The position numbers and the translations under genes are program-made. 64,000 nucleotides of DNA from Bacteroidales bacterium. Lineage in GTDB: Bacteria > Bacteroidota > Bacteroidia > Bacteroidales > UBA3824. Below are positions 29,961 through 37,776 of this stretch, in pieces (within the stretch, counting starts at the first letter, position 1; each line of letters starts with the position of its first letter). The stretch lies in NCBI GenBank assembly GCA_045597465.1, contig JAZLKG010000035.1, forward strand, positions 51,740 through 115,739, read 5' to 3'. Under the pieces are notes generated by a model. That model made no database searches and was not told where the DNA came from. It was given only the letters and a program-made list of their open reading frames with translations.

Positions 29961-30136
29961 AAAAGTCCCTTGGAAAATGTGGGAAATTTATTGAAAAGTC
30001 CCTTGAAAAATGTGTGGAAAACAAATTAATTTCTACATTTGCAATCGAAAGTCATTGGGAAAATGTGGGGAATTCGGCAAAAAGTCCCTTGGAAAATGTG
30101 GGATTTGCCGAAAAGTCCCTTGGAAAATGTGTTTGG
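29961..30136 (+). repeat. Phased direct-repeat array (5 copies of AAAAGTCCCTTGGAAAATGTGGG-like units) immediately upstream of the ATPase gene
   Basis: Copies start near 29961, 29994, 30047, 30080 and 30111. Spacing measured at the GTC anchor is 33, 53, 33 and 31 bp. The last copy ends 22 nt before ATG 30159. Confidence 0.85.
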
Positions 30137-30158
30137 AAACTCGTAAAGCGTTGATAAT

Positions 30159-31487
30159 ATGTATAAAAGGAAGATTGAGGAAATTCTGAAGAAGTGGAAG
30201 GCAAATAGCAACAGGTTTCCGCTGGTGATAAAAGGATGTCGCCAGTGCGGAAAAACATTCTCTGTTGTAAACTTTGCACGCAGTAATTACAAGAATGTTG
30301 TCTATATGGATTTCTTCAACAATCCAGAGTACAAGGAGATTTTCAATGGATCTTTGGATGTTGACAGGATTTGTCTCCGTATATCATCGCTTGTGCCTGG
30401 GGTCAGGATTGTGGCAAACGAGACCTGTTTCGTCTTTGACGAGATTCAGGATTGCCCAAAGGCCAGGATGTCGCTGAAATTCTTCAAGATTGACGGCCGT
30501 TATGATGTCATCTGCACGGGTTCGCTCCTTGGTGTGAATGGCTACAGGTCTTCCAATATGAATAAAGACGACGAGAACACACCTTTGCCTGTTGGTTACG
30601 AGACCATCATAGATATGTATCCGATGGATTTTGAGGAATGGCTCTGGGCCAACGGTATCAGTAAGCCTACTCTCGATTACCTGAGAGATTGTTTCGATAG
30701 TAAAGAGCCTGTGGATGAGGCTATTCACAATCGTATGCGTCAACTGATGCTTCAATATGTGATAGTGGGAGGCATGCCGCGCGCCGTAAATGCCTTTTTC
30801 GAGACCAACAATTATCAGGAAGTTCAGATAGTGCAGCGGGGCATTGTGGATGAGTACAAGAGCGATATGATAAAATATGCGCCATCTCAGGACAAGCCTC
30901 GCATACGTGAGTGTTTCGAGTCGATACCCAAGCAGCTGAGCCGGGAGAACAAGAAATTCTCTTATTCAGTGGTACGTGCAGGCGGACGTGGGCGCGATTA
31001 CGTTGGCAGTCTTCAGTGGATAGAGGATGCCGGCATCATACGCCGCTGTTACAATCTGGAAATCACCGAATTGCCTTTGGACGGCAATGCCATTTACGAT
31101 CAGTTTAAGGTATATATGGCCGATACCGGTTTGTTTGTGAGCATGCTGGAGGAAGGCACGGCCTGGGCCATCGAGCAGGGAAACCTATTGAGCTACAAGG
31201 GAGCTATTTTCGAGAACCTTGTGGCTGATATCCTTGGCAAGGCGGGGCGCAAGCTGTATTATTTCCGCAAGGATTCAGGATTGGAGGTTGATTTTGTGAT
31301 AAGATACTGCGACAAATGCACCTTGCTGGAATGCAAGGCATCGTCGGGCAATATCAAATCCGCCAAAACCATCCTCCAGCATCCCGAGAAATACCATGTT
31401 TACGACGCCATGAAATTAGGAGATTACAATATCGGCCATACCGGTCAGTTTGTTACATTGCCGATATATATGGCCTTTATGCTGTAG
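30159..31487 (+). CDS. AAA+ ATPase (AAA_14/DUF4143-type) with a C-terminal PD-(D/E)xK-like motif
   Basis: 442 aa with Walker A (GCRQCGKT), Walker B (CFVFDEIQ) and a C-terminal GLEVDFVI...LLECKAS (D..ExK pattern). Confidence 0.8.
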   Translation: MYKRKIEEILKKWKANSNRFPLVIKGCRQCGKTFSVVNFARSNYKNVVYMDFFNNPEYKEIFNGSLDVDRICLRISSLVPGVRIVANETCFVFDEIQDCPKARMSLKFFKIDGRYDVICTGSLLGVNGYRSSNMNKDDENTPLPVGYETIIDMYPMDFEEWLWANGISKPTLDYLRDCFDSKEPVDEAIHNRMRQLMLQYVIVGGMPRAVNAFFETNNYQEVQIVQRGIVDEYKSDMIKYAPSQDKPRIRECFESIPKQLSRENKKFSYSVVRAGGRGRDYVGSLQWIEDAGIIRRCYNLEITELPLDGNAIYDQFKVYMADTGLFVSMLEEGTAWAIEQGNLLSYKGAIFENLVADILGKAGRKLYYFRKDSGLEVDFVIRYCDKCTLLECKASSGNIKSAKTILQHPEKYHVYDAMKLGDYNIGHTGQFVTLPIYMAFML

Positions 31488-31514
31488 AGACGTGGCCTTG
31501 CCACGTCTCGGATA
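31481..31514 (+). repeat. 34-bp direct repeat with a 9-bp-stem hairpin (copy 2), overlapping the ATPase stop codon
   Basis: In GCTGTAGAGACGTGGCCTTGCCACGTCTCGGATA, GAGACGTGG pairs with CCACGTCTC. It lies exactly 1630 bp downstream of copy 1. Confidence 0.8.
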
Positions 31515-31536
31515 CATGCGCCCCCCTGCCTTCCCC

Positions 31537-31612
31537 CCTCCCCAATATTAATTTTTTCTAAACAATCTCATCAAAATTTTGGCCTGTCATTTTTTTTTTG
31601 AATTTTGTCCCG
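31537..31612 (+). repeat. Conserved 5' flank of the BspA-like cassette (copy 2)
   Basis: CCAATATTAA...AAAATTTTGGCCTGTCATTTTTTTTTTGAATTTTGTCCCG. See 28589-28663. Confidence 0.7.
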
Positions 31613-31641
31613 AATTTATAACATTAATCCTTTAACACATT

Positions 31642-31785
31642 ATGACAGAACCAATAGAAAAAGTAGAGCTTGCTATCTACGAGGCGGCTGAGATGGAGAT
31701 CGTAGAGGTGGATAATACCGATGTAATCTGTACTTCGGGAGGTTTCCTGGAGGACGAGGGAAATGGCGCAGATGCCGAATGGTAA
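31642..31785 (+). CDS. Possible 47-aa acidic peptide
   Basis: My own translation: MTEPIEKVELAIYEAAEMEIVEVDNTDVICTSGGFLEDEGNGADAEW. It is too short for the ORF track, lies between the conserved cassette 5' flank and the lipoprotein gene, and has no homology support. Confidence 0.2.
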   Translation: MTEPIEKVELAIYEAAEMEIVEVDNTDVICTSGGFLEDEGNGADAEW

Positions 31786-31860
31786 TATCAGCACCTATCC
31801 CAAGACACTTAACAGAATAGTAAATTAACAAGCAGAAAAAAATCCCAAAAGCAGAAAAAC

Positions 31861-33471
31861 ATGAAAAAACATTCAATATTGGCCGTGGCAATGATATCGG
31901 CCATGCTCATGGGCGCGGTATCGTGCGGTAGCGACGGCGACGAGGCCCTTGTGGAGCCAGCTGATGCGCCTGTTATAGAAGACAACACCCCAGCCAAGAA
32001 GGCAATGACTTTCAAGGCCGGAAGCGAGGGCGCCGACAAGTCGCTCCAGAAGACCGCCTACACTGACGGCCTCAAGATGATTTGGTTATCAGCTGATAAC
32101 TTCTCAATATTCCCGGCAAATACGGATGAAAACGCCGAGTACACACTTACCTCGGGCGAAGGCACCAACAGCTGTGAGATTTCAGGAACTTCCGCCGAGG
32201 CTGACGACTACTTCGCAATGTATCCATACAACGGCAATGCCGCCTACTCAGAGGGCAAGTTTGCCGGAATAGAAATTCCTGCCATTCAGGAAGTGTCGGC
32301 AGGTCAGTTTGACCCCAAGGCTGATATTCTTGTAGGCTACAGCACCAAGAACGATATGTCGTTCCAATTCCGTCATATAGGTTCCAAATTGGGAGTTACT
32401 GTTCCTATCGATGGTGTTAAATCGATTGAGATTTCATGCTCTGAGATTATTTCCGGTTTTGTAGATGTATCTATGGACGCCAATCCAGACGCAATACCGG
32501 CCGTAACAAGAATAACGGACGAATGCAATACTATCACTCTCATTTGTGAAGATCCAGAAGGTTTCGTGAAGGGCAATACATATTATGCCACTGTAATCCC
32601 AACAAGCAATCCTTCGTCGCTCAAGCTTACATTCTATACTGATGATGACAAAAAGGAGGGAATGTACTTCAACGGCAAAATTGCCATTATGGAGCGCAAC
32701 ATGCGCAATATGGCCGCGCCTCCTGTCAGCAAGGGAAAAATCCTCTGTACTTTGGAAAGTCTCAACAAGAAAGAACACTTCCCTAATAACGCTACAAAGA
32801 TAGTGTTCGGATACAAGAAGGATTATGAGGATGTATTAGACTTGAAAAACCCTGCTGATACTTGGGGTAGTATCGAATTCTACAACAATGGTTCTGAGTA
32901 TTACATTCTGTCTGATAATGAGATCTGCCTGAATGGTAGTTTGTTTGTTAACGGGCTGGGTATGTTTCATAGCTATGGTGTAACAGATATTATCCTGACT
33001 AATTTCAATACCGAGAACGTTACGGATATGACTGATATGTTCTATTTTTGTATCAATTTGACTGAACTCGATCTTTCAGGTTTCAATACCGGGAATGTTA
33101 CGGATATGACTAATATGTTTTCTGATTGTTATGCCTTGACCAATCTTAATATTACCAGTTTCGACACAAGGAATGTAGAATCTATGTCTTGTATGTTTAC
33201 TTCTTGCGAAAATTTGACCACACTTGATCTTTCAAGTTTTGACACTGAGAATGTATGGGATATGACCGGTATGTTTGCGGATTGTTCTTTATTGCAAAAT
33301 ATTTATGTCAGCACAGATTTCGTTGTTAGTGACTGGTGTGAAAGTCGAGATATGTTTAATTATTGCGAAAATCTTCCGGGTTACTGGGACAGTTGGGATC
33401 CTATTACAGGTGATTTTATTACAGATAAGACTATGGCCTATATCGGTGGCTACTTCACACAGAAACCTTAA
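31861..33471 (+). CDS. BspA-family LRR (DUF285-type) surface lipoprotein with an extra N-terminal domain
   Basis: 536 aa with a lipoprotein signal (MKKHSILAVAMISAMLMGAVSC), an N-terminal domain of about 280 aa with no repeats, then LDLS.FNT.NV.DMT.MF repeats. Confidence 0.8.
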   Translation: MKKHSILAVAMISAMLMGAVSCGSDGDEALVEPADAPVIEDNTPAKKAMTFKAGSEGADKSLQKTAYTDGLKMIWLSADNFSIFPANTDENAEYTLTSGEGTNSCEISGTSAEADDYFAMYPYNGNAAYSEGKFAGIEIPAIQEVSAGQFDPKADILVGYSTKNDMSFQFRHIGSKLGVTVPIDGVKSIEISCSEIISGFVDVSMDANPDAIPAVTRITDECNTITLICEDPEGFVKGNTYYATVIPTSNPSSLKLTFYTDDDKKEGMYFNGKIAIMERNMRNMAAPPVSKGKILCTLESLNKKEHFPNNATKIVFGYKKDYEDVLDLKNPADTWGSIEFYNNGSEYYILSDNEICLNGSLFVNGLGMFHSYGVTDIILTNFNTENVTDMTDMFYFCINLTELDLSGFNTGNVTDMTNMFSDCYALTNLNITSFDTRNVESMSCMFTSCENLTTLDLSSFDTENVWDMTGMFADCSLLQNIYVSTDFVVSDWCESRDMFNYCENLPGYWDSWDPITGDFITDKTMAYIGGYFTQKP

Positions 33472-33499
33472 TTCTATCATATAGAATTTTTATAAGCAT

Positions 33500-33543
33500 A
33501 CGGCCCGCCGGGAACACCAAACTCCCGGCGGGCCGTTTTTTTT
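33500..33543 (+). terminator. Rho-independent terminator (cassette 3' flank, copy 2)
   Basis: 14-bp perfect stem ACGGCCCGCCGGGA / TCCCGGCGGGCCGT followed by T8. Confidence 0.8.
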
Positions 33544-33624
33544 ACCAAAATCCTTGGAAACTTCCGCCTTATTTTGGCATTTTCTTTGCAATGTAAATTT
33601 CAAACTACAAAAATCCAAGGAAAA

Positions 33625-34497
33625 ATGTTTTTGAGTCTCTATAATCAGAAATTGAAGGTTTTTTTGGCTGATACCACTGGAGATGTGGAAGGCATCAGAA
33701 CCAATCTGGGCACCGTACTCAGGAAGGCGGGCATAGAGGTGGTGTATCCCGACAACAATGCCAACGATGTGTCGGTGGACCGTGCCCTGATGCTTGGCTG
33801 CAACTGCTCGGTGCATGTGTTGGGCGCGCTCGATATATACAACGGGGACGGCGCCGGATACCTTACAGCTGCCGGCGAGCACTACAGGATGGCCCAGCAG
33901 GCTGCCAAGGACAGTTTCAAGGTCTTCCTCTGGAATCCGTCGGGGCTCATCAACTCCAGGAATATGTATGTGAACTCGCTGAGGCGCGATATCGTGGAAA
34001 ACACCATATACAGCGGATGCACATCTCCGATAGTGTTTGTGGAAGACCTCAGGAGCATAATGACCGAGAAACCCACCGCGAGCCAGAATCTAAGCAATGC
34101 TGATATCTTCTTCATATACAACGATCTGGACCGCGAGTCGGCCTCTGATGTGCTATCCATGCTTCAGGACCTCCACAAGGTGGCCTCGCTTTCGGTAAAC
34201 ATGAGCAGCAACACCGACTATTCGGAATTCATAAGCAGCCAGCTCAGGGTATGCCGCATAGGCGTAATCTACAGCGACTACGCCTCCGACTGGTCGCTCC
34301 CCTTTGCGCGTCAGCTCTGGAAGGACAACGGGGGACAGTCGTCGCAGGTAAGGCTGTACATGGCCGCCAACGCCGACCACTCCAAGCCCGAAGACATATC
34401 ACAGCTGAAGGGCTTTATGGAATACACCATCGCCGACAAGGCGCTTATTCCGTTGGATATCAAGATATTTTTCGACAAGGTAACACAAAAGCAATAA
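33625..34497 (+). CDS. Cytoplasmic protein with two tandem TIR-like (Rossmannoid) domains
   Basis: 290 aa from ATG 33625; the track's TTG start at 33574 was trimmed. Each half opens with a TIR-type beta-strand/acidic motif: LKVFLADTTGDVEGIRTNLGTVLRKAGIEVVYPD and ADIFFIYNDLDRESASDVLSMLQD. The fold assignment is an inference from motifs only. Confidence 0.5.
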   Translation: MFLSLYNQKLKVFLADTTGDVEGIRTNLGTVLRKAGIEVVYPDNNANDVSVDRALMLGCNCSVHVLGALDIYNGDGAGYLTAAGEHYRMAQQAAKDSFKVFLWNPSGLINSRNMYVNSLRRDIVENTIYSGCTSPIVFVEDLRSIMTEKPTASQNLSNADIFFIYNDLDRESASDVLSMLQDLHKVASLSVNMSSNTDYSEFISSQLRVCRIGVIYSDYASDWSLPFARQLWKDNGGQSSQVRLYMAANADHSKPEDISQLKGFMEYTIADKALIPLDIKIFFDKVTQKQ

Positions 34498-34501
34498 CCC
34501 T

Positions 34502-37500
34502 ATGACAACACGCATTTGCCCATATCCAGGCCTGAGGCCTTTTACTGAGGAAGAGTCGGTCTTCTTCAAGGGCCGCGATATGCACATACGTCAGATAGTT
34601 AAGCTATTGGAAAACAACAAGATGGCTTTTATCACCGGTGCGTCTGGCGATGGCAAGTCATCCATGGTGTATGCCGGTGTGGTTCCGTATATTAGGGCCG
34701 GTTACTTCAAGTCAAGGTACAATGGCTGGCTGATAGCCGACTTCAAGCCTCAGAAAAACCCGCTGATGTCGCTGTCGGAATCGCTGGCAGGGCAGCTTGG
34801 CATGGATGTAAGCAAGTGCTGCGGCGAGCTTGGCTACGGCTTCTCCTCGCTGGTGGACCTCTACAAGGAGTCGCCATGCTATGTTACCGACGGCCCCGAC
34901 CAGAGCAACCGTGGCAAAAACCTGCTCATCATAGCCGACCAGTTCGAGGAGGTGTTCACCAATTTCGAGAATTTCGACCAGGGGCATCCCTCCGATGCCT
35001 GCTACACTGCCGTAAACCTGCTGCTGGAGACCATCAGGATATCCATCGTGGAGGACCTGCCCGTGTATGTGATATTCACAATGCGCAGCGACTTCATATC
35101 GCAGTGCACATTCTTCAAGAATCTGCCGGAATACATAGCCTACTCGCAGTTTTTTGTGCCGCAGCTGAAGCGCACCGAAATCCGCCAGGTGATAGAGGAG
35201 CCCGCGCTGATGGCCGGCGGCAAGATATCGCCACGCCTCATAGAGGTGATAATCAACAACATGGGGTCCGGTTTCGACCAGCTGCCTGTGCTTCAGCATG
35301 CCCTGAACCTTCTGTGGCGCATGGCCGACAACGGCGGCGTGGAGATGGACCTGATACATCTGGCCAAGATAGCAGGCATCAGCAGCGAAATGCTCTCGCC
35401 CGACGACAGGGGTGAGTTTGAGCGCTGGTTCCGCAACCTGCCGGAATACCACCACAAGTATTACGAGAGGCCCGACCTCAACAATGTGCTGAATGCCCAC
35501 GCGGGAATACTCTACGAGAGCGCCTACGACTATTTCATGCAGAACAGCGACTGGGCCGAGAAATCCATAACCCCCGACGAGAGCAAGGAGATTATAGAGA
35601 CCGTATTCAAGAGCCTCACCAAGATAGACAACAACCGCCCCGTGCGCAACAGGTGCACCCTGAGCGAGATTACGGGCATCATCAACAAGCCCAACATCAC
35701 CAACGCCACGGTGTGTGGAGTAATCAACATTTTCCGCACGCCGGAAAACTCGCTCATAAAGCCGTTCTCCGTGCCGGGACGCACCGACACGCAGTACATC
35801 TCCGGCGACACCGTGCTCGATGTAACCCACGAGGCCCTCATCCGTAACTGGAAACTGCTGGCCGAATGGGACATAGAGGAGGTCACCGATATGAAAGACT
35901 ATCACGACCTGAACGCCCAGATGCAGCTGTGGATCAACAACGACAGAAACGCGTCCTATCTGCTCAACAGCGGAAGCTACACATACTTCAACCAGTGGTT
36001 CAACCGCAGCAACCCAAATCCATCGCTGTTCCTGAAATACGACAGCAGCATGCTGCCCGTGCGCCAGAAGATAAAGAACGCCCAGAGCAAGTACGAGAAC
36101 TATGTGGATTTCCTGGAAACCTCGTATCAGGCCATACTTGCAAAGGAGCGTCAGGTGAAACGCCGCATCCGCATACTCATATACGGACTCCTGGCCTTTG
36201 TGATTTCCCTATCGGCCTTCACATACTGGGCCATGAAGGAGAAGGACAACGCCGAAAACCAGCAGCGCATTGCCGAGGAGCAGAAACTGGAGGCCAACCG
36301 GCAGCGCGAGGAGGCCGACCGGCAGAAACAGGCGGCCCTGGATGCCAACGTGATAGCACAGCAGGAGCGCGATACCGCCCGCATAATGGCCGGAAGGGCG
36401 CTCGAGGCCCAGCGCAGGAGCGAGAGGGCCAGCTACCTGGCCATCAAGAACTATCAGGAGGCGCTCAACCAGCAGCGCATAGCCGAGGAGCAGCGCATGA
36501 TTGCCGATTCGCAGCGCACCATTGCCGAAAACGACCGCTTGCAGCTGAGGCATCAGATGAGGCTTACCGACTCGGCAAACGCACAGAGCGCAAAATACAA
36601 CAGGATGGCCATGAGCAACCTCCTGGCCATGAAGGCAAAGGGACAGTACGACGACAAGCTGCTTAACCTGAGGCTTGCGCTTACCGCATACAACTTCAAG
36701 AAAGACAATGCTGTAGACAAGATGCCAGAAATTTACGATGCCGCCCTTTTCGCACTGGGCCAAAACAAGATGCTCGATGTGATAAAGCCGGGCAGCGGCA
36801 AGCTGATGTCATTCGCCATAGGCGACGACAACGAGATTGTGTGCATCAACCAGAACGCACAGGTATACACCTACGCCCTCCAGGAGAACAACAAGCTGAA
36901 GGAGAAATCCAAGATCACCAAATATGTGACCAAGCTGCCCATACGCAACGCCGTGTTTGTGGACGCGCTCAATGTGATATATTCCACCGCCGACCACAAC
37001 TCCTATCTCCTGAACGTGAAATCCAATGTGAGGCTGAAGCTCAGCTCCCAGGGCGACCTGGTGCAGAGCGCCCACACAACCCTGGACGCCAAGTACATGG
37101 TGATAGCGTATCAGTCGGGTAGGGTGGTGGTATTGAACGCCAAGGAGCCCGACGACAGGATAGTGCAGTCCATCAACCTGAAATCCAGGCTTGTGGGCAT
37201 GTGCTGCTCGCCAAACTCCACCGATGCCTACATCCTCACCCAGAAGGGCGAGTTCATAAAATGGAGTTTCGTGGAAAACCGTCAGAAGACCATTTTCGTG
37301 GAAAAGGAGCACACTCCATCGTGCATAGTGTCCATACCGGACCGCAGGCAGCTGGCCATCTGTTTTGCCGACGGCACCATACAGTTTGTGGACACCAAGA
37401 CCGACACCCTGGAGGAAGTGATACTGGGCAGCCATTCGGGACTGGCCGACGCCGTATACGACACCAACACAGGACTGCTGATGGTCTCTGGCGTGGGAAA

Positions 37501-37759
37501 GCTTATCTCCATCATAGACGTAAGGAAACTCTACGACAAGCCGTTGCTCATAGAGGAGCATGCGCTCAACCGCAGCGACATCGTCTGCATGGAGTTTACC
37601 GAAACAGGGGATGGCATACTGGCCCTTACCGCCGACAACACTCTCAGGTATTTCTCGCTGGACCTCAATACATACATACAGCGCATAGAGCAGAAGTATC
37701 TGAAACCACTTAACGAAGACGAGCAGCAGCTGATACTGGGCCGCGACATGTACAATTAA
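34502..37759 (+). CDS. Transmembrane novel-STAND NTPase with coiled coil and seven-blade beta-propeller-like C-terminus
   Basis: 1085 aa with the N-terminal signature CPYPGLRPFTEEESVFFKGR, Walker A (GASGDGKSS), a Walker B-like LLIIADQFEE, one TM helix (RRIRILIYGLLAFVISLSAFTYWAM, nt about 36173-36235), a Q/R/E-rich coiled coil with NQQRIAEEQ twice, and seven blade-like repeats of about 45 aa (nt about 36800-37700). Confidence 0.75.
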   Translation: MTTRICPYPGLRPFTEEESVFFKGRDMHIRQIVKLLENNKMAFITGASGDGKSSMVYAGVVPYIRAGYFKSRYNGWLIADFKPQKNPLMSLSESLAGQLGMDVSKCCGELGYGFSSLVDLYKESPCYVTDGPDQSNRGKNLLIIADQFEEVFTNFENFDQGHPSDACYTAVNLLLETIRISIVEDLPVYVIFTMRSDFISQCTFFKNLPEYIAYSQFFVPQLKRTEIRQVIEEPALMAGGKISPRLIEVIINNMGSGFDQLPVLQHALNLLWRMADNGGVEMDLIHLAKIAGISSEMLSPDDRGEFERWFRNLPEYHHKYYERPDLNNVLNAHAGILYESAYDYFMQNSDWAEKSITPDESKEIIETVFKSLTKIDNNRPVRNRCTLSEITGIINKPNITNATVCGVINIFRTPENSLIKPFSVPGRTDTQYISGDTVLDVTHEALIRNWKLLAEWDIEEVTDMKDYHDLNAQMQLWINNDRNASYLLNSGSYTYFNQWFNRSNPNPSLFLKYDSSMLPVRQKIKNAQSKYENYVDFLETSYQAILAKERQVKRRIRILIYGLLAFVISLSAFTYWAMKEKDNAENQQRIAEEQKLEANRQREEADRQKQAALDANVIAQQERDTARIMAGRALEAQRRSERASYLAIKNYQEALNQQRIAEEQRMIADSQRTIAENDRLQLRHQMRLTDSANAQSAKYNRMAMSNLLAMKAKGQYDDKLLNLRLALTAYNFKKDNAVDKMPEIYDAALFALGQNKMLDVIKPGSGKLMSFAIGDDNEIVCINQNAQVYTYALQENNKLKEKSKITKYVTKLPIRNAVFVDALNVIYSTADHNSYLLNVKSNVRLKLSSQGDLVQSAHTTLDAKYMVIAYQSGRVVVLNAKEPDDRIVQSINLKSRLVGMCCSPNSTDAYILTQKGEFIKWSFVENRQKTIFVEKEHTPSCIVSIPDRRQLAICFADGTIQFVDTKTDTLEEVILGSHSGLADAVYDTNTGLLMVSGVGKLISIIDVRKLYDKPLLIEEHALNRSDIVCMEFTETGDGILALTADNTLRYFSLDLNTYIQRIEQKYLKPLNEDEQQLILGRDMYN

Positions 37760-37776
37760 TACCAACAACAGAAGCC

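Noticed and set aside
29720-30136. Whether the regularly spaced repeats could be a CRISPR array.
   Set aside because: The period is only about 33 bp, so spacers would be about 10 nt. The units are not palindromic in the CRISPR manner, and the window has no cas genes.
30026-30279. Minus-strand ORFs 30026-30211 and 30052-30279 with internally repetitive peptides.
   Set aside because: They are simply translations of the direct-repeat array and overlap the start of the ATPase gene.
34712-35905. A 397-aa ORF lies antisense to the STAND gene. Similar long antisense ORFs occur at 36809-37768, 35866-36666, 5408-6295, 27045-28199, 7278-7916, 19215-19886, 21729-22370, 45690-46622 and 44316-45029.
   Set aside because: All lie fully inside strongly supported genes on the other strand or in another frame. 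Their products are low-complexity (G/V/A/L/H/R-rich) with no motifs. This is the usual mirror-ORF artefact of biased codon use.
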